In this document: piece by piece, positions 25,201-37,158 of the stretch
Layout: every line of letters begins with the position of its first letter
Numbering within the stretch: the stretch's first letter is position 1
NCBI GenBank assembly: GCA_030390025.1
Contig: JASTWF010000034.1
Coordinates: 5,952,001 to 6,016,000, forward strand
Source of the DNA: Squalus acanthias
Lineage: Eukaryota
Direction of reading: 5' to 3'
DNA length: 64,000 bases
The notes under the pieces: model-generated
Seen by the model: only the letters and a program-made list of their open reading frames with translations
What the model was told of the DNA's origin: nothing
Databases searched by the model: none
Made by a program: the position numbers and the translations under genes

Positions 25201-28200
25201 ACCTGGTACTGAGGGACTGGAGTCAGGTGTATACCCAGACCGGGTAGTGAGGGACTGGATTCAGGTGTATACCCAGTCCGGGTAGTGCGGGACCGGAGTC
25301 AGGTGTAGGGCCAGACCTGGTTTAGAGGGAATGGAGTCAGATGTAGGCCCAGACCGTGCAGTGAGGGACTGAAGTCAGCTTTAGGACCAGACCAGGTATT
25401 GAGAGACTGGATTCAGGTGTATACCCAGACCGGGTAGTGAGGGACTGGAGCCAGTTGCAGGCCCAGACCGGATAGTGACGGACTGTAGTGAGGTGTAGAC
25501 CCAGACCAGGTAGTGAGGGACCGGAGTCAGGTGTAGGCTAAGAGGGGGTAGTGAGGGACTGGAGTCAGGTGTAGACCCAGACCGGGTAATGAGGGGCTGG
25601 AGTCAGGTGTGGGCCCAGACCGGGTAGTGGTGGACTGGAGTCGGGTGTAGGCCAAGACCGGCTAGTGAGGGAAGGAGTCAGGTGCATACCCAGACAGGGT
25701 AGTGAGGGACTGGATTCGGGTGTAGGCCAAGACCAGGTAGTGAGGGACTGGAGTCAGGTGTAGGCCCAGACTGGGTAGTGAGGAATTGGAATCAGGTGTA
25801 GGCCCAGACTGGGTAGTGAGGGACTGGAGTCAGGTGTAGGGCCAGACCTGGTTTAGAGGGAATGGAGTCAGATGTAGGCCCAGACCGTGCAGTGAGGGAC
25901 TGAAGTCAGCTGTAGGACCAGACCAGGTATTGAGGAACTGGATTCAGGTGTATCCCCAGACCGGGTAGTGAGGGACTGGAGTCAGGTGCATTCCCAGACC
26001 GGATAGTGAGAGACTGGAGTCAGGTGTAGACCCAGACCAGGCAGTGAGGGACTGGAGTCAGGTGTAGACCCAGACCGGGTAATGAGGGACTGGAGTCAGG
26101 TGTAGGCCCAGACCGGGTATTGGGGGACTGGAGTCGGGTGTAGGCCAAGACCGGCTATTGAGGGAAGGAGTCAGGTGCATACCCAGACCGCCTAGTGAGG
26201 GACTGGATTCGGGTGTAGGCCAAGACCAGGTAGTGAGGGACTGGAGTCAGGTGTCGGCCCAGACTGGGTAGTGAGGGACTGGAGTCAGGTGAAAATCCAA
26301 ACCGGGTATTGAGGGACTGGAGTGAGGTGCCAGCCCAGACCGGGTAGTGAGGGATCGGAGTCAGGTGTAGGCCCAGACCGGGCTGTGAGGGACTGGAGTC
26401 AGGTGTAGATCCAAACCGGGTATTGAGGGATTGGATCAGATGCCGGCCCAGACCAGGTAGTGAGGGACTGGAGTCAGGTGTAGATCCAAACCGGGTATTG
26501 AGGGACTGGAGTCAGGTGTCAGCTCAGACCGTGTATTGAGGGACCGGAGTCAGGTGTAGGCCCAGACTGGGTAGTGAGGGACTGGAGGCAGGTGTAGGCC
26601 CTGACCGGGTATTGAGGGAATGGTGTCAGGTGTAGGCCCAGACCGAGTACTGAGGGACCGGAGTCAGGTGTGGGCTCAGACTGGGTAGTGAGTGACTGGA
26701 GTCAGGTATAGGCCGAGACCGAGTATTGAGGGACCAGAGTCAGGTTTGGGCCAAAACCAGGTAGTGAGGGACTGGAGTCAGGTGTAGGCCCAGACCGGGT
26801 AGTGAGGGACTGGAGTCAGGTGTAGACCCAGACCGGGTAGTGAGGGACTGGATTCAGGTGTAGACCCAGACCGGGTAGTGAGGGACTGGATTCAGGTGTA
26901 GGACCAGACCGGGTAGTGAGGGACTGGAGTCAGGTGTAGGCCCAGACCAGGTAGTGAGGGAATGGAGTCAGGTGTATACCAAGACTGCGTAGTGAGGGAT
27001 CGGAGTCAGGTGTAGGCCCAGACCGGGCTGTGAGGGACTGGAGTCAGGTGTAGATCCAAACCGGGTATTGAGGGATTGGATCAGATGCCGGCCCAGACCA
27101 GGTAGTGAGGGACTGGAGTCAGGTGTAGATCCAAACCGGGTATTGAGGGACTGGAGTCAGGTGTCGGCCCAGACCGGGTAGTGAGGGAATGGTGTCAGGT
27201 GTAGGCCCAGACCGAGTACTGAGGGACCGGAGTCAGGTGTGGGCTCAGACTGGGTAGTGAGTGACTGGAGTCAGGTATAGGCCGAGACCGAGTATTGAGG
27301 GACCAGAGTCAGGTTTGGGCCAAAACCAGGTAGTGAGGGACTGGAGTCAGGTGTAGGCCCAGACCGGGTAGTGAGGGACTGGAGTCAGGTGTAGATCCAA
27401 ACCGGGTATTGAGGGACTGGAGTCAGGTGTCAGCTCAGACCGTGTATTGAGGGACCGGAGTCAGGTGTAGGCCCAGACTGGGTAGTGAGGGACTGGAGGC
27501 AGGTGTAGGCCCTGACCGGGTATTGAGGGAATGGTGTCAGGTGTAGGCCCAGACCGAGTACTGAGGGACCGGAGTCAGGTGTGGGCTCAGACTGGGTAGT
27601 GAGTGACTGGAGTCAGGTATAGGCCGAGACCGAGTATTGAGGGACCAGAGTCAGGTTTGGGCCAAAACCAGGTAGTGAGGGACTGGAGTCAGGTGTAGGC
27701 CCAGACCGGGTAGTGAGGGACTGGAGTCAGGTGTAGACCCAGACCGGGTAGTGAGGGACTGGATTCAGGTGTAGACCCAGACCGGGTAGTGAGGGACTGG
27801 ATTCAGGTGTAGGACCAGACCGGGTAGTGAGGGACTGGAGTCAGGTGTAGGCCCAGACCAGGTAGTGAGGGAATGGAGTCAGGTGTATACCAAGACTGCG
27901 TAGTGAGGGATTGGAGTCAGGTGTAGGCCCAGACCGGTTAGTGAGGGACTGGAGTCAGGTGTAGGCCCAGACTGGGTAGTGAGAGATTGGAGTCAGGTCT
28001 AGGCCCAGACTGGGTAGTGAGGGACTGGAGTCAGGTGTAGGGCCAGACCTGGTTTAGAGGGATTGGAGTCAGATGTAGCCCAGACCGTGCAGTGAGGGAC
28101 TGAAGTCAGCTGTAGGACCAGACCAGGTATTGAGGGACTGGATTCAGGAGTATACCCAGACCGGGTAGTGAGGGACTGGAGTCAGGTGCAGACCCAGACC

Positions 28201-28740
28201 AGATAGTGAGAGACTGGAGTCAGATGTAGACCCAGACCAGGTAGTGAGGGATTGGAGTCAGGTGTAGGCTAAGAGGGGTTAGTGAGGGACTGGAGTCAGG
28301 TGTAGACCCAGACCGGGTAATGAGGGACTGGAGTCAGGTGTGGGCCCAGACCGGGTAGTGGGGGACTGGAGTCGGGTGTAGGCCAAGACCGGCTATTGAG
28401 GAAGGAGTCAGGTGCATACCCAGACCGGGTAGTGAGGGACTGGATTCGAGTGTTGGCCAAGACCAGGTAGTGAGGGACTGGAGTCAGGTGTAGGCCCACA
28501 CTGGGTACTGAGGGATTGGAGTCAGGTGTAGGCCCAGACTGGGTAGTGAGGGACTGGAGTCAGGTGAAGATCCAAACCGGGTATTGAGGGCCTGGAGTCA
28601 GGTGCCAGCCCAGACCGGGTAGTGAGAGACTGGAGTCATGTAGAGGCCCAGACCGGGTATAGAGGGACTGGAGTGAGGTGTAGACCCAGACCGGGTAGTG
28701 AGGGACTGGATTCAGGTGTATACCCAGACCGGGTAGTTAT
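19288..28740. repeat. 38-bp satellite, right part, ~250 units
   Basis: Same monomer resumes in phase after the CR1 tail. Confidence 0.97.
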
Positions 28741-31700
28741 TAAAATGATCCTATTCTATGGTTTGTGGGGTTTTTAATATTCATCTGTCCAATACCTGGT
28801 TTAAAGTATATTGTTGTGCAAAGTGTCTTAGAGTGAAAAGGGAACCTGCTGCTGTTCAGTGACTGGATTGAATGTGACTCACCCTGGAACCTACATGTCT
28901 CTGCTTCTTATTAGTTACAGTAAGCTGACAACAGATTTACACAATCTCCCATTATCATTTCTGAGATCACAGAACATATTTTAAAGATGCCCCAAACTAA
29001 CACTAAGGTCAATTCTACAATTCACTCCCAACAATTCAATCATTAAATTCACTGATTGAATGAAGTCAGAGATGTAACCACGGCCGGGAATGTAACCTGT
29101 CTTGTTTAATGCTGGGATTCAGGTTCACTGTTACTGGTGGAAATTTCAAAGGGTTCCTGTGTTGGACAGTGTCAGCTCAGTACCAGAACATTCAAAGATA
29201 TAATCCAGATTCTAACCAGTGTAGACAAAACTTTCAGATAAATCTCCATCCCCCACAATGAGGGACCGTCGATGTTGCCTGGGTTCTGCCTTATTAGGGG
29301 GGCTGGGAATTTTCACACTGATGCTGTATTGACTGAACTTATAAAGAGGAATAGTGAATCCCTGAAAGGTGCTGCTTACAATGGTGAGAATCTGTTGCCG
29401 TATTTTGAAAGTCCTGATATTAATTAGCACCGTTCCACCCAGCAGTCTACATTTTCAATCCTGCAGAGTGAACCCGCTTCCCACAGTGCAACCTCGCTGA
29501 GTGAGATGAACATCTCTTGGTTTTTGTACAGTCAGAGTGTTTAATGATTAAATGATAGGAATTGATTTATTGAGATGAGCAAAATGCAGATCTGTGATAA
29601 ATTTTAGATATATTCCATTATAATAAACATTGGAAAGAATACTCTATGACCTGCTGTGTTCAACTGACTGGAATTAATAACAAGCAGAGACAATTAGTTC
29701 CCATGGAGACTGGCATCAATTAGTCATTGAACGGCTGAAATTAACCTGTTCTGGTCCGGCACTTCATATAACAAATATAAAGTATATGATTTTATATCTA
29801 TATTAATATGAGACAGATATTTCCAGTCTGTAAAGTGAACTCCCAAAAGAACTGAATATTATTTCACTAGAATTGGGAATAATAGAAAATATGAGGTCCA
29901 CAGTCCGATAGGATTACATTGAGAGCAGAGATTTAGTTACAGATTTCAGATAATTTCGGTGATAAATTCTAATCCTGTCCTTACCGCGACTGTCTATCCA
30001 ATTCACCCGGTGAGTTTACACTCAGATACCGTCCCTGAAACATGGAGCAGGTCAGTTCACAACTAAAATTCCCTGGTACAGCACGACCTAATTATCAGAT
30101 TTGCTAAATCAAACTTGAGTGTTCAGAAACTGATCTTTGGGAGAAGTGGATTGTCCTGATTGCCACTCATCGATATCCCAATTTAAATATTTTCAGTTCT
30201 GTAATAAACATGAGCGGGAATAATGTCTGATGCTGCTGTGACCAACGGACTGGCACTAATATGACCCTGTTAGCTGGCAGTATCACTGCCGGTTTCAACA
30301 CAAGCAACATAAATCATTGCTTCACACAGAACACGCAGGAAGATTTGATAGTTATTTAGAAATGTAACTGACCTCACTTATACTGTCACTATCCATTCTG
30401 TTTACCACGAACCTCACTTGAACCAACATTCCACATCCAGGTACATTATTGACCTCACTTGTACTGTCAATACAAACCGAGCTGGTTTACTGACAGATAT
30501 TCTACTGTAATTACAAGTAAGAAATATCTCTGATATAGTTTGTACTGCCACTATCCATTCCGAGACATTACTGACCTCAATTGTTCAGTCACTGATCTCA
30601 CTTAAATATTCGCTTCCCTTCCTGATACATCACTGAACTGACCTATGTTATCAATGCCCATCCAGGTTTACCCTGACATCACTCATACTGTCACTACCCA
30701 TACAGGATTATCACTGACCTCACTCATACTGTCACTACCCATCCAGGTTTATCACTGAGCTCACTCATACTGTCACTACCCATCCAGGATTATCACTGAC
30801 CTCACTCATACTGTCACTACCCATCCAGGTTTATCCCTGACCTCACTCATACTGTCACTACCCATCCAGGTTTATCACTGACCTCACTCATACTGTCACT
30901 ACCCATCCAGGATTATCACTGACCTCACTCATACTGTCACTACCCATCCAGGTTTATCCCTGACCTCACTCATACTGTCACTACCCATCCAGTTTTATCA
31001 CTGACCTCACTCATACTGTCACTACCCATCCAGGTTTATCACTGAGCTCACTCATACTGTCACTACCCATCCAGGATTATCACTGACCTCACTCATACTG
31101 TCACTACCCATCCAGGTTTATCACTGACCTCACTCATACTGTCACTACCCATCCAGGTTTATAACTGACCTCACTCATACTGTCACTACCCATCCAGGAT
31201 TATCACTGACCTCACTCAAACTGTCACTACCCATCCAGGTTTATCCCTGACCTCACTCATACCCTCACTACCCATCCAGATTTATCACTGACCTCACTCA
31301 TACTGTCACTACCCATCCAGGTTTATCACTGACCTCACTCATACTGTCATTACCCATCCAGGTTTATCCCTGACCTCACTCATACCCTCACTACCCATCC
31401 AGATTTATCCCTGACCTCACTCATACTGTCACTACACATCCAGGTTTATCACTGACCTCACTCATACTTTCACTACCCATACAGGATTATCACTGACCTC
31501 ACTCATACTGTCACTACCCATCCAGGATTATCACTGACCTCACTCAAACTGTCACTACCCATCCAGGATTATCACTGACCTCACTCATACTGTCACTACC
31601 CATCCAGATACATTTAGGTGCACCGTTGCACGATGGCGCTGCCTCAGACATACGTCTCTCTCTTGCAATACTCCTGAAATCTCACGGATCCAGGGCAATA

Positions 31701-34700
31701 TAAACGAATTGTTCAAAATTACAGTACATTTATCCATTAATTTAATTTAATACAGAACAATGAACCTATTTTAGATTATCTGAAGGATCACAGGTGAGGA
31801 ACCATGAAGTGAATTATAATAGAAATATAACCTGCTGATTTCCCAATTTCTGATTTATTGTTTTTGGAGTCTGACCAGTGAAATGTTTCAGTTTCTGTGT
31901 GTGACTGTTAAGCCCACCCCTGAGAAGTGGATAGAAATTGTATGAAATGACAAGATTACATCGGCTCATGGAAATGATTTAAAACTGTAAATTAATCGGC
32001 TCCCACTTCTCATCATTCCTGTCAGACCGAGCGATTCGCACCGTCTGTTACTCCCAATAGTTATTAAAATGATCCTATTCTGTGGTTTGTGGGGTTTTTA
32101 ATATTCATCTGTCCAATACCTGGTTTAAAGTATATTGTTGTGTAAAGAGTCTTAGAGTGAAAAGGGAATCTGCTGCTGTTCAGTGACTGGATTGAATGTG
32201 ACTCACCCTGGAACCTACATGTCTCTGCTTCTTATTAGTTACAGTAAGCTGACAACAGATTTACACAATCTCCCATTATCATTTCTGAGATCACAGAATA
32301 TATTTTAAAAGATGCCCCAAACTAACACTAAGCTCAATTCTGCAATTCACTCCCAACAATTCAATCATTAAATTCACTGATTGAATGAAGTCAGAGATGT
32401 AACCACGGCCGGGAATGTAACCTGTCTTGTTTAATGCTGGGATTCAGGTTCACTGTTACAGGTGGAAATTTCAAAGGAATCCTGTGTTGGACAGTGTCAG
32501 CTCAGTACCAGAACATTCAAAGATATAATCCAGATTCTAACCAGTGTAGACAAAACTTTCAATGAAATCTCCATCCCCCACAATGAGGGACCGTCGATGT
32601 TGCCTGGGTTCTGCCTTATGACGGGGGCTGGGAATTTTCACACTGATGCTGTATAGACTGAACTTATAAAGAGGAATAGTGAATCCCTGAAATGTGCTGC
32701 TTACAATGGTGAGAATCTGTTGCCGTATTTTGAAAGTCCTGATATTAATTAGCACCTTTCCACCCAGCAGTCTACATTTTCAATCCTGCAGAGTGAACCC
32801 GATTCCCACAGTGCAACCTCGCTGAGTGAGATGAACATCTCTTGGTTTTTGGACAGTCAGAGTGTTTAATGATTAAATGATAGGAATTGATTTATTGATT
32901 TGAGCAAAATGCAGATCTGTGATATATTTTAAATATATTCCATTATAATAAACATTGGAAAGAATACTCTATGACCTGCTGTGTTCAACTGACTGGAATT
33001 AATAACAAGCAGAGACAATTAGTTCCCATGGAGACTGGCATCAATTAGTCACTGAACGGCTGAAATTAACCTGTTCTTTCCGGCACTTCATATAACAAAT
33101 ATAAAGTATATTATTTTATATCTACATTAATATGAGACAGATATTACCCGTCTGTAAGGTGAACTCCCAAAAGAACTGAATATTATTTCACTAGAATTGG
33201 GAATAATAGAAAATATGAGCCCTGCAGTCCGATAGGATTACATTGAGAGCAGAGATTTAGTTACAGATTTCAGATAATTTCGGTGATAAATTCTAATCCT
33301 GTCATTTCAGCGACTGTCTATCCAATTCACCCGGTCAGTTTACACTCAGACACCGTCCTTGAAACATGGAGCAGGTCAGTTCACAAATAAAATTCTCTGG
33401 TACAGCACGACCTAATGATCAGTTTGAATTAGCAAACCTGGAGTGTTCAGAAACTGATCTTTGGGAGAAGTGGATTGTCCTGATTGCCCCTCCTCGATAT
33501 CCCTATTTAAATATTTTCAGTTCTGTAATAAACATGAGCGGGAATAATGTCTGATGCTGCTGTGACCAACGGACTGGCACTAATATGACCCTGTTAGCTG
33601 ACAGTCTCACTGCCGGTTTCAACACAAGCAACAGAAATCATCGCTTCTCACAGAACATGCAGGAAGATTTGATAGTTATTTAGAAATGTAACTGACTTCA
33701 CATCTACTGTTACTACCCATTCCGATATGTCACTGACCTCACTTGTACTGTCACTATCCATTCTGTAGTCCACGAACCTCACTTGCACCATCGTTCCACA
33801 TCCAGGCACATTACTGACCTCACTTGTACTGTCCATACATTCCGAGCTCGTTAACTGACAGATATTGTACTGTCAATACAACTCTAGGACTATCTCTGAC
33901 ATACATTGTACTGCCACTGCCCATTCCGAGACATTACTGATCTCAATTGTTCAGTCACTGATCTCACTTATATATTCACTACCCTTCCTGATACATCACT
34001 GAACTGGAAACTACATCTCTCTGCTTCTTATTAGTTACAGTAAGCTGAGCACAACAGATTTACACAAGGCTCCCATTATCATTTCTGAGATCACAGAATA
34101 TATTTTAAAAGATTCCCCAAACTCAGCTCAATTCAAAATTCTCTCCCTATCAATTCAATCATTAACTTCGCTGATTGAATGAAGTCAGAGATGTAACCAG
34201 GGCCGGGAATGTAACCTGTCTTGTTTAATGCTGGGATTCAGGTTCACTGTTACTGGTGGAAATGTCAAAGGGTTCCTGTGTTGGACAGTGTCAGCTCAGT
34301 ACCAGAACATTCAAAGATATAATCCAGATTCTAACCAGTGTAGACAAAACTTTCAGTTAAATCTCCATCCCCCACAATGAGGAACCGTCCGTGTTGCATG
34401 GTTTCTGCCTTATGAGGGTGGCTGGGAATTTTCACACTGATGCTGTATAGACTGAACTTATAAAGAGGAATAGTGAATCCCTGAAAGGTGCTGCTTACAA
34501 TGGTGAGAATCTGTTGCCGTATTTTGAAAGTCCTGATATTAATTAGCACCTTTCCACCCAGCAGTCTACATTTTCAATCCTGCAGAGTGAACCCGATTCC
34601 CACAGTGCAACCTCGCTGAGTGAGATGAACATCTCTTGGTTTTTGTACAGTCAGAGTGTTTAATGATTAAATGATAGGAATTGATTTATTGAGATGAGCA

Positions 34701-34925
34701 AAATGCAGATCTGTGATATATTTTAAATATATTCCATTATAATAAAAATTGGAAAGAATAATCTATGACCTGCTGTGTTCAACTGACTGGAATTAATAAC
34801 AAGCAGAGACAATTAGTTCCCATGGAGACTGGCATCAATTAGTCACTGAACGGCTGAAATTAACCCATTCTAGTCCGGCACCTTATATATCAAATAGAAA
34901 GTAGATTATTTTATATCTATATTAA
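28737..34925. repeat. AT-rich local segmental duplication: copy A ~28737-32060, copy B ~32060-34005, partial copy C ~34005-34925
   Basis: TAGTTATTAAAATGATCCTATTCT near 28737 and 32058; near-identical ORFs at 29212, 32537 and 34331. Confidence 0.92.
30655..31607. repeat. 41-bp minisatellite (CACTCATACTGTCACTACCCATCCAGGTTTATCACTGACCT), ~23 copies
   Basis: CACTCATAC at 30721, 30762 and onward (period 41). Confidence 0.95.
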
Positions 34926-34939
34926 AATAAGCTACAGAT

Positions 34940-34957
34940 TGGCGCCTAACGTGGGGC
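34940..34957 (+). promoter_or_regulatory. Primer-binding site, tRNA-Lys1,2 (CUU) type
   Basis: TGGCGCCTAACGTGGGGC, 17/18 match to the Lys1,2 PBS TGGCGCCCAACGTGGGGC; lies 3 nt after ...GCTACA. Confidence 0.9.
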
Positions 34958-34989
34958 TGTGACTATTAACTGAAACCAGGTCTATTGTG

Positions 34990-35981
34990 CATAGAAACAT
35001 AGAAGATAGGAGCAGGAGTAGGCCATTCGGCCCTCGAGCCTGCTCCGCCATTTAATGCGATCATGGCTGATCATCCAAATTCAGTACCCTGTCCCTGCTT
35101 TCTCCCCATATCCCTTGATCCCTTTAGCCTTAAGAAATATATCTAACTCCTTCTTGAATATATTTAATGAATTGGCCTCAACTGCCTTCTGTGGTAGAGA
35201 ATTCCACAGGTTCACCACTCTCTGGGTGAAGAAATTCCTCCTCATCTCAGTCCTAAATGGCTTACCCCTTATCCTTAGACTGTGACCCCTGGTTCTGGAC
35301 TCCCCCGCCATCGGGAACATCCTTCCTGCATCCAGTCTGTCTAGTCCTGTTAGAATTTTATAAGTTTCAATGAGAGCCCCTCTCACTCTTCTAAACTCTA
35401 GCGAGTATAAGCCCAATCGTCCCAATCTCTCTTCATACGTTATTCTTGCCATCCCAGGTATCAGTCTGGTGAATCTTCGCTGCACTCCCTCCATGGCAAG
35501 AACATCCTTCCTCAGATAAGGTAACTAAAACTGCACACAATACTCAAGGTGTGGTCTCACCAAGGCCCTGTACAACTGCAGCAAGACATCCTTGCTCCTG
35601 TACTCGAATCCTCTCGCTATGAAGGCCAACATACCATTTGCCTTCTTAACCACCTGCTGCACCTGCATGCTTACCTTCAGCGACTGGTGCACAAGGACTC
35701 CCAGGACTCGTTGCACTTCCTCTTTTCCCAATCTATTGCCGTTCAGATAATAATCTGTCTTCCTGTTTTTGCCACCAAAGTGGATAACCTCACATTTATT
35801 CACATTAAACTGCATCTGCCATGCATCTGCCCAATCACCCAACTTGTCCAAATCATACTGGAGTTTCTCTGCATCCTCCTCACAGCACACACGCCCACCC
35901 AGCTTTGTGTCGTCTGCAAACTTGGAGATATTACATCTAGTTCCCTCGTCTAGATCATTGATATATATTGTGAATAACTGG
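34990..35981 (-). mobile_element. 5'-truncated CR1 LINE inserted in the ERV leader
   Basis: FADDTKLGG...RRNFFTQRVVNLWNSLP on the minus strand (ORFs 35525..35890 and 35081..35494, one stop between them); tail CATAGAAACATAGAA. Confidence 0.95.
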
Positions 35982-36069
35982 CAGGCGCTTGGATTTTCGT
36001 CTGATCAACGCGAGTCCTTGTGGAAAGTTAGGTTATCTGACAGACAGTGTCACTTTAACGTACAGCAAG

Positions 36070-37158
36070 ATGTCGAGTGAGATTTTCTTTGTAGACTTTA
36101 AAACGAAGTTAATGAAGAAGTGGGAGGCTGCACAGTTCCAGACGTTAGTAGTAGAATGTCTAACAGAGGGTAAGAGAGTCTCCTTTGAGGACGTTGTTGC
36201 GCTCAGTGAGAAACAAGTTGAGGAGAAGAGATGGAAGCCAGATGGGGCAGTGCAGCGGATGGCCTCTGCGGCAGTGGATCGTGTCACCCAGCTAGAGGAC
36301 AATCAGAATCAATGAGAAAAAGACAAGCTGCGGCTGATTGAAGAGAATCTAAAGTTAACGGGCGAGAAGTCAAACTGGGAGAAAGAGGCTGCAGAGTTAA
36401 AGAGTAAAATTGAAGCTCTTCAGTCACCAAAATGAAGTTGTTCAGGGCCAGGTCGGGGCTTCGACAGCAATAATCCAGCAACAGCGCATTCATGCAGTTC
36501 ACACCGGCGCTGCAATGCTGAACCTTGAGGAGGCTCGGTGTCAGGTAGCCTCCTTAACAAAAGACAATGACCGTCTTACCAGACAATTAAATGATTCACC
36601 AGGAGCCCTAAGAGAGGCTCTTCAGCAGCCCCAAAGGGAGCCGGACCACAGACTGTGCCATATTACTATACAAGAGTTGGAAAACCAGCTGGGTAAACAA
36701 CGGGCTGTAATAGCGGCAGTCACGGGGGTAGACCACCCCCCCCGATTTATGATACAGAATGCGAGGGGTTCAGCGGAGAACTATATCCTCCCTTGCTACC
36801 CCCTCCCCAAAAGGCCCCCCATCTCGTATGCCACCATCGACCTGGCTAACCGGCCCCCCAGCCTATGCTGAGAACAATATCATGAAAACCTCAGTGGACG
36901 AGCCTGCACCCTTTAAAGCCTCAGTTAATGTTCGGCAGCTTTCCGCAATTACCAATCTAATTTTGAGGACAGTGATATGAAAAATGTTATACTGTCTGCC
37001 CTGACCCCGGACCTACGCACCAGTCTCCCCTTCATGGCCTTTAATGTGGGAACCCCCTGAATAACTTAATCACAACTACACAAACAGCTCTGGGGTTGGT
37101 CACTATTGATCTGGTTCAGAAATTAAACCAGTCTCAACAAGACCCCTGCTGCATTATC
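36070..37158 (+). pseudogene. Disrupted gag-like ORF: coiled-coil N-terminus, Pro-rich linker, truncated helical capsid-like part
   Basis: ATG 36070 MSSEIFFVDFK..; in-frame TGA at 36313 followed by EKDKLRLIEENLKL..EAAELKSKIEALQ; frameshift to ..LEEARCQVASLTKDNDRLTRQL..DHRLCHITIQELENQL; later DMKNVILSALTPDLRTSLP. Called gag mainly by position after the PBS. Confidence 0.6.

Noticed and set aside
4057..28740. CRISPR-like regular ~38-bp periodicity
   Set aside because: Head-to-tail monomers with no unique spacers, no cas genes and a eukaryotic context
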